A stretch of DNA of 64,000 nucleotides from Alphaproteobacteria bacterium (GTDB lineage Bacteria > Pseudomonadota > Alphaproteobacteria > CADEGL01). The stretch is taken from NCBI GenBank assembly GCA_026400755.1, contig JAPLOM010000008.1:12806-76805 (forward strand). Direction: 5' to 3'. Positions 13,637-22,292 of the stretch are shown here, one piece after another; the first letter of the stretch is position 1; each line of letters begins with the position of its first letter. A program made the position numbers and the translations under genes. A model generated the notes under the pieces. It was not told the origin of the DNA. It saw only the letters and a program-made list of their open reading frames with translations, and searched no databases.

Positions 13637-14539
13637 TCAGGTGCCGGCCGCGCCCATCAGCCAGTCACGGAAGACGCGCACCTTGCGCAGTTCCGCCTTG
13701 TGCGGCGGACACACCAGATAATAGGCGAACTCGATCGGCAGGATGCGGTCGAACGGACGCACCAGGCGCCCGGCCTTGAGATCGGCCTCGGCCAGGGCGC
13801 TTTTCGCCAACGCCACACCGCGGCCCGACACGGCGGCCTCGATCACCAGGCTGGACTGGTTGAAGCGCAGGCCGCGATTCCAATCCACCTCGGCCACGCC
13901 CGACGCGCGCAACCACATGCGCCAATCCGGACAACTGGGGTCGTTGTCCGGGCTCATGTCGTGGATCAGCGTGTGATGGCGCAGGCTCTCGGGCGTTGTA
14001 ATCGCGTGCTCGCCCTCGAGAAGTTGCGGGCTGCAGACCGGCAAGACCGTTTCGGTCATCACACGCTCGACCGAAAGCCCCTCGTAGCGTCCGCCGCCAT
14101 AGCGGATGGCCAGGTCAACCTCGCCGCTCGAGAAATCGACCACCTGCATCGACGCCGCGATATGGACGTCGATCTCGGGGTGGGCGGCCTGGAACGTGTC
14201 GAGGCGCGGCACCAGCCATTTCGAGGCAAAGGAAGGCGCCACGCTGACGGTCAAGACGCCGGCATCCTCCAGATGCGACAGGCGCGCCATGGCCTCGGTC
14301 AGCCGGTCGAAGCCGTCGCGCACGCCGGGCAGGCACGTCTGCCCGGCCTCGGTCAGCATCAGCGCGCGGTGCAAGCGCCAGAACAGCGCCACGCCCAGGT
14401 GATCCTCCAACAACTTCACCTGCTGGCCGATGGCGGCCGGGGTGACGTGCAGCTCCGCCGCCGCTTTGGTGAAGCTCAGATGGCGGGCGGCGGCCTCGAA
14501 GGCACGCAGGGCGTTGAGGGGCGGAAGCGGTCGGGCCAT
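13637..14539 (-). CDS. LysR-family transcriptional regulator (GcvA-like)
   Basis: Start at MARPLPPLNALRAFEAAARHLSFTKAA (ATG 14539-14537). N-terminal wHTH. Divergent from the ABC transporter operon. Confidence 0.85.
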   Translation of the reverse strand: MARPLPPLNALRAFEAAARHLSFTKAAAELHVTPAAIGQQVKLLEDHLGVALFWRLHRALMLTEAGQTCLPGVRDGFDRLTEAMARLSHLEDAGVLTVSVAPSFASKWLVPRLDTFQAAHPEIDVHIAASMQVVDFSSGEVDLAIRYGGGRYEGLSVERVMTETVLPVCSPQLLEGEHAITTPESLRHHTLIHDMSPDNDPSCPDWRMWLRASGVAEVDWNRGLRFNQSSLVIEAAVSGRGVALAKSALAEADLKAGRLVRPFDRILPIEFAYYLVCPPHKAELRKVRVFRDWLMGAAGT

Positions 14540-14811
14540 AGGGGTATGATAAAGAATTTCTAAGTCGAATCGCAAGAAACTCTCGTTTGTCCGGCCTGTA
14601 TAGCAGGACTACTTCTCAGCCTGACGCAAAAGCAGGGCTTTCCCGAGACATGTCCGCGACCAGCACCCCTTCCTTCGACCCGCGCGCCCTGCGCCACGGC
14701 GGCGTGACGGCGATGTGTCGAGACATGGTTTTCGCGGCCTGAGGCCGCGCGCGCCGGCCGGGCGTTCCGGCTCCAAGGAATTCACCGTCTTTAAGAGGAG
14801 CATGGAGCACC

Positions 14812-15792
14812 ATGCGTAACGTTCTGAAATCCCTCGCCCGCGCGGCCCTGGCCGCCACTGCCGTGTTGGCCCTCACGGCCGGCGCTCATGCTGAGACGAA
14901 GAAGATCCGACTCGACTATGCCTACTACAACCCGGTCAGCCTGGTGCTGAAGGAGAAGGGCTGGGTCGAGGAAGAGTTCGCCAAGGACGGCGTCACCGTC
15001 GAATGGGTGTTGAGTCAGGGCAGCAACAAGTCGCTCGAATATCTGAACGGCCGCAGCATCGATTTCGGCCCGACCGCCGGCGCCGCCGCGCTGATCGCGC
15101 GCGCGAACAGCATCCCGATCAAGAGCATCTACGTCTTTTCCAAGCCGGAATGGACGGCGTTGGTGACCCAGAAGGATTCGCCGATCAAGACGGTGCAGGA
15201 TCTGAAGGGCAAGCGCGTCGCGGTTACTCGCGGCACCGATCCCTACATCTTCCTGCTGCGCGCGCTCGACCTGAACAACATGACCGACAAGGACATCAAG
15301 GTCGTGCTGCTCCAGCATCCCGACGGCAAGACCGCGCTGGAACGCGGCGATGTCGACGCGTGGGCGGGCCTGGACCCGTTCATGGCCCAGGTCGAGGTCG
15401 AGAGCGGCGCGCGCCTGTTCTTCCGCGACGCCGACCTCAACACTTACGGCGTACTGAACGTGCGCGAGGACTTCCTGGCCGAGAATCCGGCCACCACGAG
15501 CCGCGTGCTGGCCGTCTACGAGCGCGGCCGCAAGTATGCCGTGGCCAACCCGGCCGAGCTGCGCGCGATCCTGGCCAAGGCCGCGAAGCTGAGCGACCCG
15601 GTCGCGGCCAAGCAGTTGGAGCGCACCGATCTGACCAAGCCAGCGATCGGTGAGGCTCAGCGCGAGGGCATCCTGGCCGCGGGCGTCGTGCTGCAGAAGA
15701 CAGGCGTCATCGCGCCGGACGCGGACGTGAAGGCGCTGACCAACGCCTTGATCGACACGCGCTTCTCGGCGCAAGTCGCGTCGGGTAAGTGA
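14812..15792 (+). CDS. ABC transporter substrate-binding protein, NitT/TauT (SsuA/TauA-like) family
   Basis: 326 aa. Signal peptide MRNVLKSLARAALAATAVLALTAGAHA. NMT1/SsuA-like periplasmic-binding-fold sequence. Confidence 0.8.
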   Translation: MRNVLKSLARAALAATAVLALTAGAHAETKKIRLDYAYYNPVSLVLKEKGWVEEEFAKDGVTVEWVLSQGSNKSLEYLNGRSIDFGPTAGAAALIARANSIPIKSIYVFSKPEWTALVTQKDSPIKTVQDLKGKRVAVTRGTDPYIFLLRALDLNNMTDKDIKVVLLQHPDGKTALERGDVDAWAGLDPFMAQVEVESGARLFFRDADLNTYGVLNVREDFLAENPATTSRVLAVYERGRKYAVANPAELRAILAKAAKLSDPVAAKQLERTDLTKPAIGEAQREGILAAGVVLQKTGVIAPDADVKALTNALIDTRFSAQVASGK

Positions 15793-15794
15793 CG

Positions 15795-16685
15795 ATGATC
15801 ATGCTGACCAGCGAAGCAGCGGCGGTGGCCGATCTGGCCTACCGCGCGCCCGCCGAGGCGACGCCGCGCATCGCGCGCCGCGGCGCCCGGCGTCCGTCCG
15901 TGGGCAAGAGCCTCGGCCTCGTCCTGCCAACGATTCTGCTGGTCGCATGGGAAATGTTGTGCCGTACCGGCATCGCCGCGCCGAATCTTCTGCCCGCGCC
16001 GTCCGCGGTGCTCGGTCTGCTCTGGGCACTGATCGCCTCGGGCGAAATCTGGGGCCACGCCTCGATCACGCTGTTCCGCGTTTTCGCAGGCTTTGGCCTG
16101 GGCGCGCTGGTTGCCACCCTGCTCGGTGCGCTGACCGGCTATTCCACTACCTATCGCCGTCTGTTCGATCCGTTGCTCCAGGGCCTGCGTAATATTCCGT
16201 CGTTGGCCTGGGTGCCGTTGTTCGTGTTGTGGCTCGGCATCTTCGAAGCCTCGAAGATCGCGCTGGTCGCGGTCGGCGTGTTCTTCCCCGTCTATTTGAA
16301 CCTGATGGGCGGCATCCAGAGCGTCGATCGCAAGCTGGTGGAAGTGGGCCGCATGTACCGCCTTCGCGGCTTCGGCCTGGTCCGCCGCGTGCTGGTGCCC
16401 GCGACCTTGCCGGCCTATTTCGTCGGCCTGCGTTCAGGCCTGGGCCTGGGTTGGATGTTCGTTTTGGCTGCCGAGTTCATGGGCGCCAGCGAAGGCCTGG
16501 GCTTCCTTCTGATCGACGGGCAGATGACCAGCCGGCCGGCCGCGATCATCGCGGGCATCCTGTTGTTCGCGGTGTTCGGCAAAGCGACTGACTGGCTGCT
16601 GGTGCGCGCGGGGCGGCCGTTCTTGGCTTGGCAGGACAGTTTCGAAGCGCAAACGGAAAGGGACGCCAATGCTGCGCGTGCGTGA
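15795..16685 (+). CDS. ABC transporter permease (SsuC/TauC-like)
   Basis: Multi-TM protein with a BPD-transport region (EAA-like loop). The ORF track starts at GTG 15789, the first ATG is at 15795, and the start is ambiguous. Overlaps the SBP stop. Confidence 0.8.
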   Translation: MIMLTSEAAAVADLAYRAPAEATPRIARRGARRPSVGKSLGLVLPTILLVAWEMLCRTGIAAPNLLPAPSAVLGLLWALIASGEIWGHASITLFRVFAGFGLGALVATLLGALTGYSTTYRRLFDPLLQGLRNIPSLAWVPLFVLWLGIFEASKIALVAVGVFFPVYLNLMGGIQSVDRKLVEVGRMYRLRGFGLVRRVLVPATLPAYFVGLRSGLGLGWMFVLAAEFMGASEGLGFLLIDGQMTSRPAAIIAGILLFAVFGKATDWLLVRAGRPFLAWQDSFEAQTERDANAARA

Positions 16686-17400
16686 CCTTTCCAAGCGGTT
16701 CGAGTCGGGCGTCACGGCGCTGGAGCGAGTCGGCTTTACCCTTGAGCGCGGCGAGATCCTAGCCGTGGTCGGCACCTCGGGCTGCGGCAAGAGCACGCTT
16801 CTCCGTCTGATCGCGGGCCTCGACCGCCCAAGCGCGGGCAATATCTCCATCGACAACCAGGACGTGGACGGGCCCAACCCCTTGGTCGGCTTCGTCTTTC
16901 AGGAGCCGCGGCTGATGCCGTGGCTCAAGATTCGCGACAACGTGACCTTCGGCCTGTCGGGCCTGGGCGCGCAAGAGAAGAACGCCCGCGCATTACGCGC
17001 GCTGGAGGAGGTCGGCCTGGCCGATTTTGCCGAGGCGCTGCCGCAGCAATTGTCGGGCGGCATGGCCCAGCGCGTAGCCATCGCGCGCGCGCTGGTGACA
17101 GAACCCAGCGTCCTTCTACTGGATGAGCCGTTCAGCGCGCTGGACGCCTTCACGCGCCTTAACCTGCAGGATCACCTGCTGTCCATCTGGCGCCGGCACC
17201 GCCCGACCATGGTGCTGGTGACCCACGACATCGAAGAGGCTCTTGCCTTGGCCGACCGGGTCGTCATCATGCGCGGTGCACCGGGGCGCATCCACCGGAC
17301 CATCGAGCTAAGGGAAGACCGGCCGCGCAAGCGCACGGCCACGGAGTTCCAGACGCTCAAGGAAGAGATCCTGGACGCGCTCCACCTGGTTCCCGCTTAA
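16669..17400 (+). CDS. ABC transporter ATP-binding protein (SsuB/TauB-like)
   Basis: Walker A GTSGCGKST, ABC signature LSGGMAQRVAIARAL, and Walker B LLLDEP. Overlaps the permease end. Confidence 0.9.
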   Translation: MLRVRDLSKRFESGVTALERVGFTLERGEILAVVGTSGCGKSTLLRLIAGLDRPSAGNISIDNQDVDGPNPLVGFVFQEPRLMPWLKIRDNVTFGLSGLGAQEKNARALRALEEVGLADFAEALPQQLSGGMAQRVAIARALVTEPSVLLLDEPFSALDAFTRLNLQDHLLSIWRRHRPTMVLVTHDIEEALALADRVVIMRGAPGRIHRTIELREDRPRKRTATEFQTLKEEILDALHLVPA

Positions 17401-17412
17401 GCGAGAGATTTC

Positions 17413-17922
17413 ATGGACAGCGAGAAGCTGCGCGCCACGCAGGCGCCGATCAAGGACCGTTACAAGCAGACGCCGGACGCCGCGCGCATCACGCTGAAGG
17501 CATCGGGCGCCCTGGACGATCAGGAGATCGCGTGCAATGTCGAGACCGGCAAGGCGCTGGTCGCCGCGGGCCTCCATCCCGGCACGGGCGGCAGCGGCGC
17601 CTTTGCCTGCTCGGGCGACATGCTGCTGCAGGCGCTCGTGGCCTGCGCGGGCGTGACGTTGAAGGCGGTTGCGACCGCCCTCGGCATCGAAGTGCGCAAC
17701 GCCAAGGTGCTGGCCGAAGGCGATCTGGATTTCCGCGGCACGCTGGGCGTGGCCAAGGACGCGCCGGTCGGCTTCTCGGACATCCGCCTGCGCTTCGAGC
17801 TGGAATCCGACGCGGCGCCGGACCAGCTCGACCGTCTCCTGGCCCTCACCGAGCGCTATTGCGTCGTCTACCAGACCCTGCGCAACCCCGCGCGCGTCAC
17901 GGTCGGCATCCGCACGAACTAG
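17413..17922 (+). CDS. OsmC/Ohr-family peroxiredoxin-like protein
   Basis: 169 aa with two conserved Cys (GAFACSGD and ERYCVV) at the positions typical of OsmC. Lies 12 nt after the ABC ATPase. Confidence 0.75.
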   Translation: MDSEKLRATQAPIKDRYKQTPDAARITLKASGALDDQEIACNVETGKALVAAGLHPGTGGSGAFACSGDMLLQALVACAGVTLKAVATALGIEVRNAKVLAEGDLDFRGTLGVAKDAPVGFSDIRLRFELESDAAPDQLDRLLALTERYCVVYQTLRNPARVTVGIRTN

Positions 17923-17952
17923 CGTTTCGCTGGAACGGAACCTTTAAAACAG

Positions 17953-17985
17953 AAACGGCGGCCGTAAGGCCGCCGTTTTACGTTT
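17953..17985. terminator. bidirectional intrinsic terminator between convergent osmC-like and sdhB
   Basis: A-run, then aaacggcggcc-gtaa-ggccgccgtttt, then T-run. Perfect 9-bp GC stem with a tetraloop. Confidence 0.75.
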
Positions 17986-18002
17986 GCGCGCGGCGCCGGC
18001 GC

Positions 18003-18782
18003 TCAGGTGCGGCGCTCGACCATCAGCTTCTTGATCTCGGCGATGGCCTTGGCCGGATTCAAGCTCTTCGGGCAAGTCTTGGTGCAGTTCATGATGGTGT
18101 GGCAGCGATAGAGGCGGAACGGATCTTCCAGCGCATCCAAACGCTCGCCCGCCGCTTCGTCGCGCGAATCGGCGAGCCAGCGATAGGCCTGCAGAAGAAC
18201 TGCGGGGCCGAGGTAACGGTCGCCGTTCCACCAATAGCTGGGGCAGCTGGTCGAGCAGCAGAAGCACAGGATGCATTCCCACAGACCGTCGAGCTTGGCG
18301 CGCTCTTCCACGCTCTGCGGCCGCTCGCGCTCGGGCGCGGGGCTGTCCGACTTCAGCCATGGCTCGATCGAGCGGTACTGGGCATAAGGTGCATCCAGGT
18401 CCGGCACCAGGTCCTTGATCACCGGCATATGGGGCAACGGGTAGATCTTCACGTCGCCCTTCATGTCCGCGCAGTATTTCGTGCAGGCCAGCGTGTTGGT
18501 GCCGTCGATGTTCATCGCGCAACTTCCGCACACGCCCTCGCGGCACGAGCGGCGAAAGGTCAGCGTCGAATCCATCTCGTTCTTGATCTTGATCAAGGCG
18601 TCCAGAACCATGGGCCCGCAGTGGTCCATGTCGACCTCGTAGGTGTCGAGGCGCGGGTTGTCGCCCTTGTCCGGATCCCACCGATAGACCTTGAACTTCT
18701 TGATGTTCTTCGCCCCGGCGGGCGCCTTGTGCGTCTCGCCCGTCTGGACCTTGGAGTTCCGGGGCAGGGTGAATTCGACCAT
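18003..18782 (-). CDS. sdhB: succinate dehydrogenase iron-sulfur subunit
   Basis: 259 aa. 2Fe-2S motif [11 protein letters not shown] and 4Fe-4S/3Fe-4S Cys clusters ([23 protein letters not shown]). Confidence 0.95.
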   Translation of the reverse strand: MVEFTLPRNSKVQTGETHKAPAGAKNIKKFKVYRWDPDKGDNPRLDTYEVDMDHCGPMVLDALIKIKNEMDSTLTFRRSCREGVCGSCAMNIDGTNTLACTKYCADMKGDVKIYPLPHMPVIKDLVPDLDAPYAQYRSIEPWLKSDSPAPERERPQSVEERAKLDGLWECILCFCCSTSCPSYWWNGDRYLGPAVLLQAYRWLADSRDEAAGERLDALEDPFRLYRCHTIMNCTKTCPKSLNPAKAIAEIKKLMVERRT

Positions 18783-18813
18783 CGCTTCGTCCTTCGCGTA
18801 TCCCGCCGGCGCC

Positions 18814-20604
18814 CTAGTACACGCGCTTCTTCGGCGGGATCGGTTCGATCTCGTTGCTGAGTGGCTGCATGTGCACGGGCCGGTAGTCGATGCGCGTCTT
18901 GCCCGTATCGTCGCACCAGGCCAGCGTGTGCTTCATCCACTCGTGGTCATTGCGGTCCGGGAAATCCTCGCGCGCGTGGGCGCCGCGGCTTTCCGTGCGC
19001 GTCACCGCCGAGTTCATGGTGGTGACGGCCTGATAGAGGAGGTTTTCCAGCTCAAGGGTCTCGACCAGGTCGCTGTTCCAGATCAGCGAGCGGTCCTTGA
19101 CGCGCAAGGCTGCGCGCTTGGCCCAGGTCTGAGCCAGCTTGTTGGAGCCTTCCTTCAGCGTCTCGCCGGTGCGGAAGACCGCGCAGTCACGCTGCATGAT
19201 TTGCTGCATCTCGGTGCGCAGCGCAGCCGTCGGCACCTCGCCGTTCAGGTTGCGGATGCGATCGAAATAATCGAGCGCCTTGTCCGTCACACTTTGCGGC
19301 AGCGGCTTGTGCTTCTCGCCCTTGCGCACGGTCTCGCCGCAGCGAATGGCCGCCGCACGGCCGAACACCACGAGATCGAGGAGAGAGTTGGAGCCCAAAC
19401 GGTTCGCGCCGTGGACGGAGACGCAAGCCGCCTCGCCCACCGCCATCAGGCCAGGTACGACCGCGTCGGGATTGCCGTCCTTCAAGTGCACGACCTCGCC
19501 ATAGCGGTTGGTCGGCACGCCGCCCATGTTGTAGTGGCAGGTGGGCTGCACCGGTATCGGCTCCTTCGTGGTGTCCACGCCCGCGAAGATGCGCGCCGTC
19601 TCGGAGATACCCGGCAGGCGCTCATGGATGATCTTCGGGTCCAGATGCTCGATGTGGAGATCGACATAATCCTTGTTGGGGCCGCAGCCGCGCCCCTCGC
19701 GGATCTCGATCGTCATCGCGCGGCTGACCACGTCGCGGCTGGCCAGGTCCTTGGCGTGCGGCGCATAGCGCTCCATGAAGCGCTCGCCGTTCGAGTTCGT
19801 TAGGTAGCCGCCTTCGCCACGCACGCCTTCGGTGATCAGGCAGCCCGCGCCATAGAGGCCGGTCGGATGGAACTGGACGAACTCCATGTCCTGGACCGGC
19901 AGACCGGCGCGCAGCGCCATGCCGTTGCCGTCGCCCGTACAGGTGTGGGCGCCCGTGCAGGAGAAATAGACGCGCCCGTAGCCGCCCGTGGCCAGGATGG
20001 TGGTATGGGCGCGGAAGCGGTGGATGGTGCCGTCGCACAGGTTCCACGCGATCGCGCCGCGGCACGAGCCGTCGTCGTCCATCAACAGGTCGGTCGCGAA
20101 ATACTCGATGAAGAACTCGGCGTTATGCTTCAGCGCCTGCTGGTAGAGCGTGTGCAGGATGGCGTGGCCGGTGCGGTCGGCCGCCGCGCAGGTGCGCTGG
20201 GCGGTGCCTTCGCCGTAATGGGTGGTCATGCCGCCGAAGGCGCGCTGGTAGATCTTACCCTCGGGCGTGCGCGAGAAGGGCACGCCGTAATGCTCCAGCT
20301 CGATCACCGCGGGCACGGCCTCGCGCACCATGTATTCGATCGCGTCCTGGTCGCCGAGCCAGTCGGAGCCCTTGACCGTGTCGTACATGTGCCAGCGCCA
20401 ATCGTCCTCGCCCATGTTGCCGAGCGAGGCGCTCATACCGCCCTGGGCCGCGACTGTGTGGCTGCGCGTCGGGAAAACCTTGGAGATGCAGGCCGTCTTC
20501 AGCCCCTGCTGGGCCAGGCCAAAGGTGGCGCGCAAGCCCGAGCCGCCAGCGCCGATGACAATGACGTCGTACTCGTGGTCGACGATGGGATAGGCCTTGG
20601 GCAT
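18814..20604 (-). CDS. sdhA: succinate dehydrogenase flavoprotein subunit
   Basis: 596 aa. FAD motif [13 protein letters not shown] and covalent-FAD His region [10 protein letters not shown]. Confidence 0.95.
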   Translation of the reverse strand: MPKAYPIVDHEYDVIVIGAGGSGLRATFGLAQQGLKTACISKVFPTRSHTVAAQGGMSASLGNMGEDDWRWHMYDTVKGSDWLGDQDAIEYMVREAVPAVIELEHYGVPFSRTPEGKIYQRAFGGMTTHYGEGTAQRTCAAADRTGHAILHTLYQQALKHNAEFFIEYFATDLLMDDDGSCRGAIAWNLCDGTIHRFRAHTTILATGGYGRVYFSCTGAHTCTGDGNGMALRAGLPVQDMEFVQFHPTGLYGAGCLITEGVRGEGGYLTNSNGERFMERYAPHAKDLASRDVVSRAMTIEIREGRGCGPNKDYVDLHIEHLDPKIIHERLPGISETARIFAGVDTTKEPIPVQPTCHYNMGGVPTNRYGEVVHLKDGNPDAVVPGLMAVGEAACVSVHGANRLGSNSLLDLVVFGRAAAIRCGETVRKGEKHKPLPQSVTDKALDYFDRIRNLNGEVPTAALRTEMQQIMQRDCAVFRTGETLKEGSNKLAQTWAKRAALRVKDRSLIWNSDLVETLELENLLYQAVTTMNSAVTRTESRGAHAREDFPDRNDHEWMKHTLAWCDDTGKTRIDYRPVHMQPLSNEIEPIPPKKRVY

Positions 20605-20611
20605 TTGCGGG

Positions 20612-21007
20612 CTAGCCTCCGAAGGCGATCTTGAGCACCGCGAAGACCGCGGCGAAGCCGAGGGCCACGGCGCCGAGCTTGACGAGGACGAGGCTCCCCA
20701 CGCGCAAGGCGGGCTGGTGGATATAGTCCTCGATCACGACCTGCAGCCCGAGCTGGGCGTGATGGAAGGTCGCGACGACGAGCAGGATCATGAGGATCGC
20801 CGGCATCGGACGGGCCAGCCACGCCGCGACCTCTTCATAGGGTGCGCCGGCCAGCATGACGATCGAGACCACGAACCAGATGGTCAGCGGGATGAGTGCC
20901 ACGGCGGTCAGGCGTTGGGCCCAGAAGTGGGCCGTGCCGTCATGGGCCGAGCCCAGATAGCGGACGCGCGACAGGACCGATTGGCGGGAATGGGATGGAT
21001 CGGCCAT
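20612..21007 (-). CDS. sdhD: succinate dehydrogenase hydrophobic membrane anchor subunit
   Basis: The real start is the internal ATG (MADPSHSRQ...) at 21007-21005, overlapping the sdhC stop as TGATG. About 131 aa with 3 TM helices. The upstream part of the track ORF is an artefact. Confidence 0.8.
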   Translation of the reverse strand: MADPSHSRQSVLSRVRYLGSAHDGTAHFWAQRLTAVALIPLTIWFVVSIVMLAGAPYEEVAAWLARPMPAILMILLVVATFHHAQLGLQVVIEDYIHQPALRVGSLVLVKLGAVALGFAAVFAVLKIAFGG

Positions 21008-21420
21008 CACAACGCCCCCATCGCGGCATAGGCCGCGATCCAGGTCGCGACGGTGACCAGGATGGAGACGGCCACGACCGTCCAGCCGGTGGCATAGGCC
21101 GTCTTGATCTCGAAGCCCAGGCCCAGGTCCCAGCCCAGATGCCGGATGCCGTTGAACAGATGATAGAAGAGCGCGTAGGACCAGCCGAACAGGAGCAGGC
21201 GGCCGAGCCAAGAGCCCAGGCATGCGCGCGCCGTCTCGTAGCTCTCCGGCCCCGATGCTGCAGCCAGCAACCACCACACCAGCAGCAAAGTGCCGACCGC
21301 CAGCGCCACACCCGTGATGCGATGCACGATCGACATCGCCATGGTCAGCTGCCAGCGATAGACCTGGAGATGAGGTGAAAGGGGCCGTTGATGGCTGCTC
21401 ATCGCGTCATTCTCTCCCAA
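21007..21420 (-). CDS. sdhC: succinate dehydrogenase cytochrome b556 subunit
   Basis: The RPLSPHLQVYRWQLTMAMSIVHRITG segment is the SdhC signature. The start may be the downstream Met (MSSHQ..., 21402). Confidence 0.82.
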   Translation of the reverse strand: MGENDAMSSHQRPLSPHLQVYRWQLTMAMSIVHRITGVALAVGTLLLVWWLLAAASGPESYETARACLGSWLGRLLLFGWSYALFYHLFNGIRHLGWDLGLGFEIKTAYATGWTVVAVSILVTVATWIAAYAAMGAL

Positions 21421-21823
21421 GTGAGCGGCCGCGCGGGCGACGCGCCCGTCCCCAGACGCTTGCCCTGCCGAAATCCCAAAGTCCCGCGCAAGTCCCTCTT
21501 GGCGGCCGTGATTATGGCCCGCGACCCTGCTTAGTCAACGACCGAGGCTTGAAATGCGCGCATCTTCACACCAGATATTGCGCATGATGTTCGCGTCCAA
21601 ACACAGCCGCACCTTGCGCTCGGGCCGCCTGCACGCAGGCACGATAGCCCCGGAACCGGACGCCTAACATTTCGCGCCCCGGTTCAACCCGGGGCTTTCA
21701 CCCAAGCCGCAATCCACAAAACGGCCACTTCGAGAGAAGCGGCCGCATGACCACGCCGCGTTCTCCGTTGTCGGAGCGCGCGGTGGGGACGGCGCCCTTC
21801 GGCGCACAAAGGAGAAGAAGACC

Positions 21824-22252
21824 ATGGAACAGCAGATCGAAACCGCACCCGCCGCCCCGCCCATCGCCGTCACGCGAGAGGACCATGACCGCTTGGCCGA
21901 TCTGGCCGCGGCCGCGTCCAACCGCCTGCACGAGGTCGCCGACCATCTGTCGGCCGAGCTGGCGCGCGCGCGGATCGTCGAGAAGGCGGCGCCGACGCTG
22001 GTCACCATGGGCGCGCATGTCTCGTTCCGCGACGAGGACAGCGGCGAGGTGCGCGACGTCACCCTGGTCTATCCCAAGGATCAGGATCTGGCACAGGGCA
22101 GCCTGTCGGTCCTGACGCCAGTCGGCACGGCTCTGCTCGGCCTCACCGCGGGTCAGTCCATCCCCTGGAGGACTCGCGACGGGCGTTGGAAGACGCTGAC
22201 CGTGGTCAATGCCGCCCATCCGGCGGCAGCGTCCACGGGAGCGGAGGCCTGA
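21824..22252 (+). CDS. rnk: nucleoside diphosphate kinase regulator (GreA/GreB C-terminal domain family)
   Basis: 142 aa. The VTMGAHVSFRDEDSGEVRDVTLVYP...LSVLTPVGTALLGLTAGQSIPW segment parallels E. coli Rnk almost position for position. Confidence 0.82.
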   Translation: MEQQIETAPAAPPIAVTREDHDRLADLAAAASNRLHEVADHLSAELARARIVEKAAPTLVTMGAHVSFRDEDSGEVRDVTLVYPKDQDLAQGSLSVLTPVGTALLGLTAGQSIPWRTRDGRWKTLTVVNAAHPAAASTGAEA

Positions 22253-22257
22253 GCGCT

Positions 22258-22292
22258 CCCCGCCCGCCCGATCCCCTGACGGGCGGGCGGGG
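22258..22292 (+). terminator. 13-bp perfect GC hairpin immediately after the rnk stop (U-tract-less terminator-like)
   Basis: ccccgcccgcccg-atcccctga-cgggcgggcgggg, starting 6 nt after the TGA. Confidence 0.6.

Noticed and set aside
21688-21720. possible tRNA T-arm (cccgg-TTCAACC-ccggg)
   Set aside because: No complementary 7-nt acceptor strand about 60-70 nt upstream and no anticodon or D arms. Most likely a simple regulatory hairpin.
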